DNA of 64,000 nucleotides from Bacteroidales bacterium. Lineage in GTDB: Bacteria; Bacteroidota; Bacteroidia; Bacteroidales; JAAYJT01. A program made the translations under genes and the position numbers. Every line of letters begins with the position of its first letter. Position 1 is the first letter of the stretch. The notes under the pieces were generated by a model, which was not told the DNA's origin, made no database searches, and was given only the letters and a program-made list of their open reading frames with translations. Shown here piece by piece: positions 11,033 to 19,039 of the stretch. The stretch covers positions 281,935 to 345,934 of the forward strand of contig JACZJK010000016.1 in assembly GCA_014860575.1 (NCBI GenBank), read 5' to 3'.

Positions 11033-12868
11033 TTATCTGTCGAATAATTCGATCTTGAGATTATCCACGTAAACCGGTTCTTTTCCTTCATACCATAAAT
11101 AGACTTTCAGCCTGTCATCTTTTGAAACCACTTCTGGGGTAAGATAATCTATTTGTATTTTGCTCCACTTACCGGCTTGAGCCGCAAACTTTTCATCGCT
11201 CAAAAGGGTGCTACGGTATTTATAGATTTTCCCTTCATTATCAAATTGAACAACCAGCCGCAATTGCTTCATTGATACAGTATCAGGTGCAAAAACCCAG
11301 GCGCTTGCCCTAATCCATGCATAGTAATTATCTGTCAGTTCGTTAAAAGTAGTTGCATATCCATCGGAATATGGATTTGTATTATCCATCCTCAATGAAT
11401 GGAGGCCTTTATAAACAATAATGGTATCATAAAAAGCATCTCTTCCTTTCAGTGGGATCTCAAAATCTAGTGTTTTCAATAACTGATAGTTGTAGTCTTC
11501 TTCATTTTCGAGTACTTCAACATCGCTATGTGGCCGTTCGATAAGCAGTAACTTCTTGTCTTCGGGCGAAGCCTGGCGTGAAAAAAAAGTTGCAAAAAAA
11601 TACTCTTTCGTCATGCGCGAACCATCAATCACCCCAATTACCAACTGATAGGTTTTGAAAAGATGCAATAGGGTAAGAAGAATCAAAATCAGTAATAGTA
11701 TGGCTCGCAGGATTTTTTTCCTTGTGATCACAAAATTTATAAAGACCCCCATCGGCAGGATGAGCATTGCGTAGGATTGAATAAACGCCCGCCATCCAAA
11801 ACTGATAAGGCTGGTGAATGATGCAATCAGGTAGGTATTTAAAACTACAAAGATTAAAAGGGGCAAGGCATATCCCGGATATTTTCTGAACATCATCAGC
11901 AATCCCACAACAGTAAAAATCATCATTGGAGCATAAATAAACCAGCCTTTACGGAAACCAAAAAGCACACTGGTAAATTGAGGGTCGGAGAGCTTTAGCG
12001 TGGAGGAAGGATCATCGTAAGGAGAAAAGAAAAAACTCCCTGTTACTACCTTCCAGTAAATAATTTGCGGCAATACAGTTAAGATTATAATAAGCAGGGC
12101 TATTAGCAGATGGTGGTAATTCTGAACTAATAATACAACTTTTTGCCTGAAAGTCCTCCAATTATAAACTCCCCAGGCTAAAGGAATGATGAGTGAAATC
12201 ATTTCACTGGGACGTGAAACAATGATCAGCCCGGTAACAAGCCCCATTAATGCAGCCTTACCGGTTCCCGGCTTATCATGCCAGCGGATGGTAAGCCAGA
12301 TAAAAATAGTATAAAGTGTAAACAGATAAAGATGTGGGGCATCATTACCGTAAGTATAAAAGAAAATTAGGTTTGAACCTACAAAAAGAAAAAACAATGA
12401 TAAGGCTGTGGTAACATCATCAAAAAACCGCAGCAGTATTTTTCGCGCAAAAAATAATCCCAGCAGTGAAATGATCATTCCGCTTACAAGCAATGCCCGC
12501 TGGTAAGGGAGGGAAAAACCATCGGCCGGATAATCGGTCAAAAGGGCTATGATATGCCCTGTAAAAAAACCCGGTAAGAACATGTAAGACATGCCTGCAA
12601 AAAAACGTATTACCAGTTGGCCATCGCTTCCGGCGCTGAACTGGTAAAACATCGGCGTATTGTTGTAAATACTGTTAAGGCTGTCAATTACTTCAAAGTT
12701 CCTGATGCCGATGTCGTCGTAAATAAAAAGCGCTGGTAAATAAAGGTAAGAGCCGTAATAATCGTACGATATATTATTGTTCGGTGGATTGGCAAATCTG
12801 ATAGCAGAAAAACTTAGTGCTATTAAGAGCATTAGCAGCAGACTGACCCGATTCCCTGATTTTGTCAT
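11033..12868 (-). CDS. GT-C-like (ArnT/PMT-like) polytopic membrane glycosyltransferase candidate with C-terminal soluble CBM-like domain
   Basis: About 12 hydrophobic helices with a first-loop YDYYGSYLYLPA..YDD motif. Collinear homology to residues ~250-850 of the 19040..21592 product. Lies 39 nt downstream of the GT2 gene. Confidence 0.6.
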   Translation of the reverse strand: MTKSGNRVSLLLMLLIALSFSAIRFANPPNNNISYDYYGSYLYLPALFIYDDIGIRNFEVIDSLNSIYNNTPMFYQFSAGSDGQLVIRFFAGMSYMFLPGFFTGHIIALLTDYPADGFSLPYQRALLVSGMIISLLGLFFARKILLRFFDDVTTALSLFFLFVGSNLIFFYTYGNDAPHLYLFTLYTIFIWLTIRWHDKPGTGKAALMGLVTGLIIVSRPSEMISLIIPLAWGVYNWRTFRQKVVLLVQNYHHLLIALLIIILTVLPQIIYWKVVTGSFFFSPYDDPSSTLKLSDPQFTSVLFGFRKGWFIYAPMMIFTVVGLLMMFRKYPGYALPLLIFVVLNTYLIASFTSLISFGWRAFIQSYAMLILPMGVFINFVITRKKILRAILLLILILLTLLHLFKTYQLVIGVIDGSRMTKEYFFATFFSRQASPEDKKLLLIERPHSDVEVLENEEDYNYQLLKTLDFEIPLKGRDAFYDTIIVYKGLHSLRMDNTNPYSDGYATTFNELTDNYYAWIRASAWVFAPDTVSMKQLRLVVQFDNEGKIYKYRSTLLSDEKFAAQAGKWSKIQIDYLTPEVVSKDDRLKVYLWYEGKEPVYVDNLKIELFDR

Positions 12869-12907
12869 TATCGGTCTATATCATAAATGAGCATTCCACT
12901 CAACATC

Positions 12908-13645
12908 CTACTTAAACATCCTGCGACTAAAGATATTGTATTTCAGTATGCAGTAAATTGCCCGGAAACCATCCCTGGCGCCAATCTTTTTCCCTTCATC
13001 GTAAGTTCGGCCATAGTAGGAAATGCCTACTTCATAAATCCGGATGTTCTTTATTCTTGAAATCTTCGATGTCACTTCCGGTTCGAACCCAAAGCGGTTC
13101 TCCCTGAAGTAGATTTTTTTGATTATATCCGACCTGAACAATTTATAGCAGGTTTCCATGTCGGTGAGGTTCAGATTGGTGAACATATTTGACAGGAAAG
13201 TGAGAAACTTGTTGCCGATGGTATGCCAGAAAAACAGAATCCGGTGTGGGTTTCCACCTGCGAACCGCGAACCGTAAACAACATCGGCAACTCCATCAAT
13301 AACCGGTTTCAGTAAGAGGTTGTATTCATTGGGATCGTATTCGAGATCTGCATCCTGCACAATTACATGATCGCCGGTTGCAAGTTCTATTGCTTTGTGA
13401 ATGGCAGCGCCTTTTCCCCGGTTAACCGGTTGCGAGTAAAAAAGAAAATTTGTTGAGGGGTGGGTTGCAATATAGGCTTCAATTTTTTCCTTTGTTTTAT
13501 CCTTTGAGCAGTCATTCACAATTACAATTTCCTTTTCAATATTATTGATCAGTTGCACATCAATTACCTTATCAAGAATGAGATGAATAGTGGGTTCTTC
13601 ATTATAAGCTGGGATCAGGATAGAAAGTTTCCGGCAGTGTGTCAT
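12908..13645 (-). CDS. GT2 glycosyltransferase, Dpm1/polyprenyl-phosphate sugar synthase type
   Basis: LSILIPAYNEE..VIVNDCSKD..VQDADLEYDP (DxD) ..ENRFGFEPE. I prefer ATG 13645 over the listed TTG 13669, which overlaps a TATTTTTG promoter box. Confidence 0.85.
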   Translation of the reverse strand: MTHCRKLSILIPAYNEEPTIHLILDKVIDVQLINNIEKEIVIVNDCSKDKTKEKIEAYIATHPSTNFLFYSQPVNRGKGAAIHKAIELATGDHVIVQDADLEYDPNEYNLLLKPVIDGVADVVYGSRFAGGNPHRILFFWHTIGNKFLTFLSNMFTNLNLTDMETCYKLFRSDIIKKIYFRENRFGFEPEVTSKISRIKNIRIYEVGISYYGRTYDEGKKIGARDGFRAIYCILKYNIFSRRMFK

Positions 13646-13666
13646 GGTCAATAATTTATTCAGGCG

Positions 13667-13674
13667 CAAAAATA
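13667..13674 (-). promoter_or_regulatory. Bacteroidota -7 box TATTTTTG
   Basis: Exact TAnnTTTG match on the minus strand, 21 nt upstream of ATG 13645. Confidence 0.5.
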
Positions 13675-13769
13675 CTTTATTTATCTGCTGAACCGAAAGC
13701 GAAATTAATTTAAGCCCTTTATGCTTTGTGGTTTTTTGAGGATTAAAATCTCGCGTAACGTTTTAGACT

Positions 13770-13814
13770 CCCTAAACCCCCTAAACTCTCTAAACTCTCT
13801 AAACCTGATAAACC
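13770..13814 (+). repeat. 5 x 9-nt tandem repeat (CYCTAAACY)
   Basis: Reads ccctaaacc|ccctaaact|ctctaaact|ctctaaacc|tgataaacc. It lies in the divergent intergenic region between the two GT2 genes. The top strand is nearly G-free. Confidence 0.9.
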
Positions 13815-13909
13815 ATTTCATTTCAAGCAAAGTTAACCTGTGTGCAGAAGTAGTTATTAAGCCCGCTAAGGATCACATGTTATTTCCTGATCATTGTTTA
13901 GCAAAGCAT

Positions 13910-13917
13910 TATCTTTG
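13910..13917 (+). promoter_or_regulatory. Bacteroidota -7 box TATCTTTG
   Basis: Exact match, 29 nt upstream of ATG 13947. Confidence 0.5.
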
Positions 13918-13946
13918 CCAGCTCATTTCGAACTCAACTTAATCCG

Positions 13947-14813
13947 ATGCCTGAAACTCCCGTCATTTCAGTTGTAATACCTGCCTATAACGAAGCCGAA
14001 GGCATTGCAACCCTGCTTGAAAAAATTGTCGTACTGGGCTACCATCAATCTTATGAAGTTATTGTTATTGACGACGGCAGCAGCGATTCAACCGCCGAAA
14101 TCGTTAAGAAATTTCCGGTTCGCCTGTTGAGGCATCATACCAACATAGGGTATGGAGCTGCACTTAAGACGGGCATCCGCAAAGCAAAAGGTAAGAAGAT
14201 TATCATGCTCGACAGTGATGGCCAACATGATCCTGAGTATATCCCCAAAATCGCTGCATTACTTGATGAGCATGAGTTGGTGATTGGCGAGCGCACTTCG
14301 GATTCCTTCCAGGTGAAGAACCGGCAGGGCGGAAAAAAACTGATCCGCAAAGTAGGGGAGTATCTTTTTGACCAGAAACTTCCTGATTTTAATTCCGGTT
14401 TGCGTGGTTTCGACCGCGAACTCATCAAAAGCATGCTGCACATGATGCCCAACGGTTTTTCGTTCAGCACCACCAGCACCATGGCTTTCATCAAGGAAGG
14501 CTATTCAATAGGCACCTTGCCAATTATGGTGGCCGAACGCCAGGGAAGACCAAGCAATGTAAAGTTTGTCCGCGATGGCAGTAAAACCATGCTTCTGCTT
14601 TTCCGGATTATCATGCTTTTCAATCCCCTGAAAATCTTTTTCCCATTCAGTATTATTGTAACCACACTTGGTATTCTTTGGGGAATTTATGCATATATTT
14701 TTGTAGGACGTTTTGCCAACAGCGCCACCCTGCTTACCATGCTGGGTATGTTCTTATTCTTTATTGGACTGATCGCCGACCAGATTGCCATTATGAACCG
14801 CAGGGTATCGTGA
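13947..14813 (+). CDS. GT2 glycosyltransferase, GtrB/ArnC-like with two C-terminal TM helices
   Basis: VVIPAYNEAEGI..VIVIDDGSSD..MLDSDGQHDP, then a C-terminal hydrophobic pair, as in bactoprenol-phosphate sugar transferases. Confidence 0.85.
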   Translation: MPETPVISVVIPAYNEAEGIATLLEKIVVLGYHQSYEVIVIDDGSSDSTAEIVKKFPVRLLRHHTNIGYGAALKTGIRKAKGKKIIMLDSDGQHDPEYIPKIAALLDEHELVIGERTSDSFQVKNRQGGKKLIRKVGEYLFDQKLPDFNSGLRGFDRELIKSMLHMMPNGFSFSTTSTMAFIKEGYSIGTLPIMVAERQGRPSNVKFVRDGSKTMLLLFRIIMLFNPLKIFFPFSIIVTTLGILWGIYAYIFVGRFANSATLLTMLGMFLFFIGLIADQIAIMNRRVS

Positions 14814-14815
14814 AT

Positions 14816-15544
14816 ATGATCTCAAAGGAATTCAAGCATAAGTGGAACGACAGGGATGTGGAAGCACATTGGGACATTGTGGCGCATAAATATGTTGCCG
14901 AAAACGAAAAAGTGAAGCAGGCACATGATCAGCGGTTTAAAGAAAGCATCATTCATCTCAAACTTCAGGCCGGACAGCGCGTTCTTAATATTTCAAGCCG
15001 CGATGCAGAAGCCGATGATTACATCCGGCGTGCTGAACCGGAATCGGAAGTCATCAACCTTGAAATCTCCGCTGGTTTAATGAAAGAGGCGCTGCGTTTG
15101 CGCCCTCAGATTCAGCAGCAAAAAATCAGCACTTATTCAAGTTTGCCTTTTACTGACGGATATTTCGATAGTATTCTAACCCTGGAAACCCTCGAGCATG
15201 TGGCTGAACCCATGAAGTTTCTTGAAGAATTGTTCAGGGTTGCCAGGCCCGGTTCCAGGATGGTATTGAGTTGTCCGCCATCATCAGCGGAATTACCTTA
15301 CCAGATTTACACTTTCCTTTTTGGCGGTCACGGCGAAGGGCCTCATCGCTTTCCCCATCCGGATGAAGTGAAGCAAATGTTGAAGATTACAAAATGGAAA
15401 CTGCTTGACCATTACGGTAGCGTGCTGATACCGGTGGGCCCGACAAGTATGCAGGATTTTGGCGAAAGGATCATAAAAAAATACAAGGGAACATGGATTG
15501 CCAACCTGGGAATCCGTCAATTTTATATTTGTGAGCGGGATTAA
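14816..15544 (+). CDS. class I SAM-dependent methyltransferase
   Basis: Methyltransf_11-like core (RVLNISSRDAE...FDSILTLETLEHVAEPMKFLEELFRVARPGSRMVL). ATG 14816 lies 2 nt after the upstream stop. The listed 14678 start overlaps the GT2 gene out of frame. Confidence 0.75.
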   Translation: MISKEFKHKWNDRDVEAHWDIVAHKYVAENEKVKQAHDQRFKESIIHLKLQAGQRVLNISSRDAEADDYIRRAEPESEVINLEISAGLMKEALRLRPQIQQQKISTYSSLPFTDGYFDSILTLETLEHVAEPMKFLEELFRVARPGSRMVLSCPPSSAELPYQIYTFLFGGHGEGPHRFPHPDEVKQMLKITKWKLLDHYGSVLIPVGPTSMQDFGERIIKKYKGTWIANLGIRQFYICERD

Positions 15545-16847
15545 GGAATTACAGAAAGTGATCAATGGCGGGCTATGCAACCGCTGCGGCAGCTGTGTAG
15601 GTTTGTCGGGCGGAAAAATAGTGTTCGGAAATAAAGAAGAACGCTACCTGCCCCAGATCAATGGATCGCCGGATGCCGAAACCATGCAAACCATTTTAAA
15701 GGCGTGCAGCGGAAAAGCCTTTGATTTTCCCGAGAACCGCGGGCATTTCTTCGGGAAAGAAACACCATCGCACATTTATACCGGCGCCTACCGTGAAATC
15801 AGTATCGGTTTCTGTACCGATCCGGCAATCCGTCTGAACGCTGCAAGTGGAGGCATTATCACTTCCATGCTGGTTTATTTGCTCAGAACCGGTGAAATTG
15901 ACGGGGCAGTAGTGCTGGGCATGTCGAAAATAAAACCCTGGCTTACCCAGGCTTTTATTGCAACCACCGAAGCGGAAATCCTTGCATCGGCCCAAAGCAA
16001 ATACATCATAAGTTCCGTAAACGAAATCCTGCCTGAAATTCGAGAATTCAAAGGCAAGCTTGCTTATGTGGGGCTTCCCGGGCAGGTGCAGTCCATACGC
16101 GCATTGCAAAGGATGGATCATCCCTGGGTTCGGAATATAAAATACGTGTTTGGACCTTTTTATGGAAATACCTTGCACTTTTCATCGGTGCGCAGTTTTA
16201 TGCGATCCTATGGCGAACATGATTATACACAAATCCAAAAGCTTTACTTCCGTCATGGTGAATGGCCCGGCAATATGCGGGTAGAATTGGCAAGTGGCAG
16301 GGTGTTGCAGCTTAAAAAATTCCATGCTAACTATCTGATCCCGTTTCACATTGTAAAAAATAGCCTGATCTGTACGGATCTCACTAACGAATTTACCGAT
16401 GTTTCAGGCGGGGATGCCTGGGCCCCGGTGTATGAGGAACGTGGGAAAGGATTTTCAATGATCATTGCCCGCTCGGCAAAGGGAGAAGCATTGCTTCAGA
16501 AAATGAAAAAAGAAGGGTTTCTGGAACTTACGCCTATTACATTGGTAGAATCCATTGCCATGCACTCACATGGATATGATCTGAAAAAACGCGGGGCTTT
16601 CATCCGTGTAAAATTCATGAAAATGATGGGCATGACGGTTCCGGATTATGGATATGAAATAAAAGGTTTCAGCCTTTCCCGTTATTTGATGGAAGTAATT
16701 ATTGATCTGATGTTTCTTGTGCTTGCTACTGCTCCGGCACGATGGCTGGTTGAGCAGTTTTCGCCGGTTTTTATCGGAAAATTGTTTGAACGCAGCCGTA
16801 CTATCTGGAAAAAATCAACTAAAAACATAAAACGACAGGATTTGTGA
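15498..16847 (+). CDS. FrhB/FdhB-family (coenzyme F420 hydrogenase beta-like) flavoprotein/FeS protein
   Basis: N-terminal CNRCGSC cysteine cluster and the AASGGIITSMLVYLLRTGEIDGAVV signature of the FrhB_FdhB family. The start is uncertain: TTG 15498, GTG 15531 or GTG 15558, all in frame. Confidence 0.7.
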   Translation: MPTWESVNFIFVSGIKELQKVINGGLCNRCGSCVGLSGGKIVFGNKEERYLPQINGSPDAETMQTILKACSGKAFDFPENRGHFFGKETPSHIYTGAYREISIGFCTDPAIRLNAASGGIITSMLVYLLRTGEIDGAVVLGMSKIKPWLTQAFIATTEAEILASAQSKYIISSVNEILPEIREFKGKLAYVGLPGQVQSIRALQRMDHPWVRNIKYVFGPFYGNTLHFSSVRSFMRSYGEHDYTQIQKLYFRHGEWPGNMRVELASGRVLQLKKFHANYLIPFHIVKNSLICTDLTNEFTDVSGGDAWAPVYEERGKGFSMIIARSAKGEALLQKMKKEGFLELTPITLVESIAMHSHGYDLKKRGAFIRVKFMKMMGMTVPDYGYEIKGFSLSRYLMEVIIDLMFLVLATAPARWLVEQFSPVFIGKLFERSRTIWKKSTKNIKRQDL

Positions 16848-16856
16848 AGACGGATT

Positions 16857-17053
16857 ATAATATTGCGCCCCTGCGGAGATTTAATTGGTTCTGGATTATT
16901 TTACTACAAATATTGCGCGGCTCTGCCGCTGCAGATTAATTGTATTTTGCAAGAAACAAGTAAGAAGAGAAAATAATTGCTGCAGCGCAGCTTAACATTT
17001 GTAGCTGTTAAACTATTTGTTAATACATAGCTGCAGCGCAGCGAAATATTAAG
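16857..17053. repeat. four copies of a ~30-nt motif (two direct, two inverted) forming nested inverted repeats
   Basis: Copy 1 at 16857-16887 is ataatattgcgcccctgcggagatttaattg. Copy 2 at 16906-16942 is acaaatattgcgcggctctgccgctgcagattaattg. Copy 3 at 16975-17004 is aattgctgcagcgcagcttaacatttgtag (inverted). Copy 4 at 17027-17053 is atagctgcagcgcagcgaaatattaag (inverted). Confidence 0.85.
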
Positions 17054-17079
17054 ATATTGATTTCAAAAAGCCAAATCAG

Positions 17080-18036
17080 ATGACCACCGGATCAAAGCAA
17101 CAAAAAACCGGGAAACGAATTTTTAACGCCCTAAGATTGTTGGGCGTTGTGTTGTTTGTAGTCATACTTTTCAGGGTTGATCTCAGGGCAATTGGCCAGG
17201 CCTTGCTTTCAACAAATATCCGTTTGCTGCTTTTAGGTGTTTTTTTTCAATTCATTGTATTACTGACCAAAGGAATACGTTGGCACCTGATGAACGATGG
17301 AAAAACAGCATGGAAATTTTGGGCGCTGAGTTTGGGCCGCTTTTACGAAAGTTATGCTATTGGTGTAGTCACACCAGGCCGCATGGGCGATTTGCTCAAA
17401 GCCGGCCATGAAAGCGGACGAAACAACATACTTGGCGCAGGCTTCCGGGTGCTGGCCGAAAGGGGAATTGATATCGGGATCTTTGTAGGTCTGGCGGGCT
17501 TATCAGTATTGTCGGGTTATTATATTGAGATGCAGCCGGTTATTGGTTGGTTTGTAATTGCCGGGGGAGCGATGGTGCTATTGATTTCTTTTCTTATACT
17601 GGCTTCTCGGTTCTTCACAAAGCAGTTAAATAAATTTTTTCATCGCTTTCCTGGAAAATGGAGAGAACTAAATCTGGAAGGAAGGCGCTATTCTGCTTAC
17701 ACCACAACCTGGATACTAGTACTAAGCCTGGTTTCTAACCTTAGCTATTTTGTATCGTGTTATTTCCTGGGCCTTTCAGCAGGGATTGAAGCCGGGTTTA
17801 TTTGGATTTCAGGGGCAGTTGCCGTTTCCGGATTGCTGAATATGCTTCCTGTTACCATTATGGGCCTTGGAACCCGCGAGCTTATATTCTTATATGTTTT
17901 CCAGTCTTTCAGCCAGGGTATGGTGCTGGCATTTTCTTTCCTGGTAGTTCTTGTTGCCCAGATTGGCGGTGGTTTAATATCCTTAATCGCAGGGCAGTTC
18001 TTACTCTATAAAACCCGAAAATACAACTATGACTAA
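17080..18036 (+). CDS. flippase-like (LPG-synthase-TM / UPF0104) membrane protein
   Basis: Eight or so TM helices. The N-terminus KRIFNALRLLGVVLFVVILFRVDLRAIGQAL is typical of this family, which commonly accompanies GT2 genes. Confidence 0.65.
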   Translation: MTTGSKQQKTGKRIFNALRLLGVVLFVVILFRVDLRAIGQALLSTNIRLLLLGVFFQFIVLLTKGIRWHLMNDGKTAWKFWALSLGRFYESYAIGVVTPGRMGDLLKAGHESGRNNILGAGFRVLAERGIDIGIFVGLAGLSVLSGYYIEMQPVIGWFVIAGGAMVLLISFLILASRFFTKQLNKFFHRFPGKWRELNLEGRRYSAYTTTWILVLSLVSNLSYFVSCYFLGLSAGIEAGFIWISGAVAVSGLLNMLPVTIMGLGTRELIFLYVFQSFSQGMVLAFSFLVVLVAQIGGGLISLIAGQFLLYKTRKYNYD

Positions 18037-19033
18037 TTATGTGATCCTAACCGGGGCCAATGGTTACCTGGGGTCTTACGTAGCCCGCGAACTTTTACAA
18101 AGAGGTCATGGCGTTATTGCCTGCAAGTACCCGCACTATGCCTCTGTGATTATCAGTCATGAACTCATGGAGTATGTGGATATTGATATTACTGAGCCGG
18201 CGGAGCAACAACTCGCTTTAAAAGAAGCCATATCCGGAAAGATTGTCATCGCACTGGTAAATGCGGCAGCATTGCTCGGCAGCTCCGACTACGAGGCCAA
18301 TTTCAAAGTAAATGCGCAGGGTGTGGTAAATATGATAGACTTTTGCCGTTTACATGGAATCAGGAGATTTATCCAGATCAGCAGCGTAGTGGTTCTGAAA
18401 AAGATAAAAGGACCCTACGGAATCACCAAGCTAAAGGGTCAGGAATTGTTAATGGAATCGGAACTGGATTACTCCGTTTTTATTCCGGCCATGATTTTGG
18501 GACCCGAAAGCCTGGGACTGAACCGGGTTCTGAAAAACGTTTTTCGTTTTCCATTGCTTGTTCCCCTGATCGGAACCGGAAAGGAAACCCAGCACCCGAT
18601 TTATGTGAAAGACTTTGCCAGGGTCATTGTGGATTCCATCGGATCGGAAAAGGCGAAACGCAAGGTGTATGAAATAGCCGGCGATACAGTGATCTCCTTC
18701 CGTAGTTTTATTCGTCTGATCCTGAAACATTACCAAAAGAAAAGGATTTTTGCTTTTATCCCGGCATTTGTGGCTTTCATGCTTGGCAAGTTTTTTCAGA
18801 AGGTTCAGAAAGTGCCAATGTTTACCGCCGAGCATGTGAAGGGAATACTCCAGGATTCAAACCTTGATACGTCCGCCATTAAAGCCGATCTCGGTTTCGA
18901 ACCTGCACCACTGGAAACAGCTTTGAATGAAAGCCTGGATGAGATTGGTACAAACTGGAATTATTTCCTCGCTGCCAGACCAGAAAAAACCTATATTTTT
19001 GATCCCGGAACAAACAAATTTCAGCTTAAGTAA
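18029..19033 (+). CDS. NAD-dependent epimerase/dehydratase (extended SDR)
   Basis: Rossmann motif ILTGANGYLGSYV and catalytic YGITK (YxxxK). Overlaps the upstream gene by 8 nt. Confidence 0.8.
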   Translation: MTNYVILTGANGYLGSYVARELLQRGHGVIACKYPHYASVIISHELMEYVDIDITEPAEQQLALKEAISGKIVIALVNAAALLGSSDYEANFKVNAQGVVNMIDFCRLHGIRRFIQISSVVVLKKIKGPYGITKLKGQELLMESELDYSVFIPAMILGPESLGLNRVLKNVFRFPLLVPLIGTGKETQHPIYVKDFARVIVDSIGSEKAKRKVYEIAGDTVISFRSFIRLILKHYQKKRIFAFIPAFVAFMLGKFFQKVQKVPMFTAEHVKGILQDSNLDTSAIKADLGFEPAPLETALNESLDEIGTNWNYFLAARPEKTYIFDPGTNKFQLK

Positions 19034-19039
19034 AATTTC

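Noticed and set aside
13770-13790. CCCTAAA, the complement of the plant-type telomere repeat TTTAGGG.
   Set aside because: There are only two imperfect units inside a 9-nt-period array in a bacterial intergenic region. This is a coincidental word.
13721-13942. A 73-aa ORF (..LDSLNPLNSLNSLNLINH..).
   Set aside because: It is a translation of the 9-nt tandem repeat in a promoter region, with no coding signal.
14678-14815. An upstream extension of the methyltransferase ORF.
   Set aside because: It overlaps the GT2 gene in another frame. ATG 14816 directly follows the GT2 stop, and methyltransferase-like sequence begins there.
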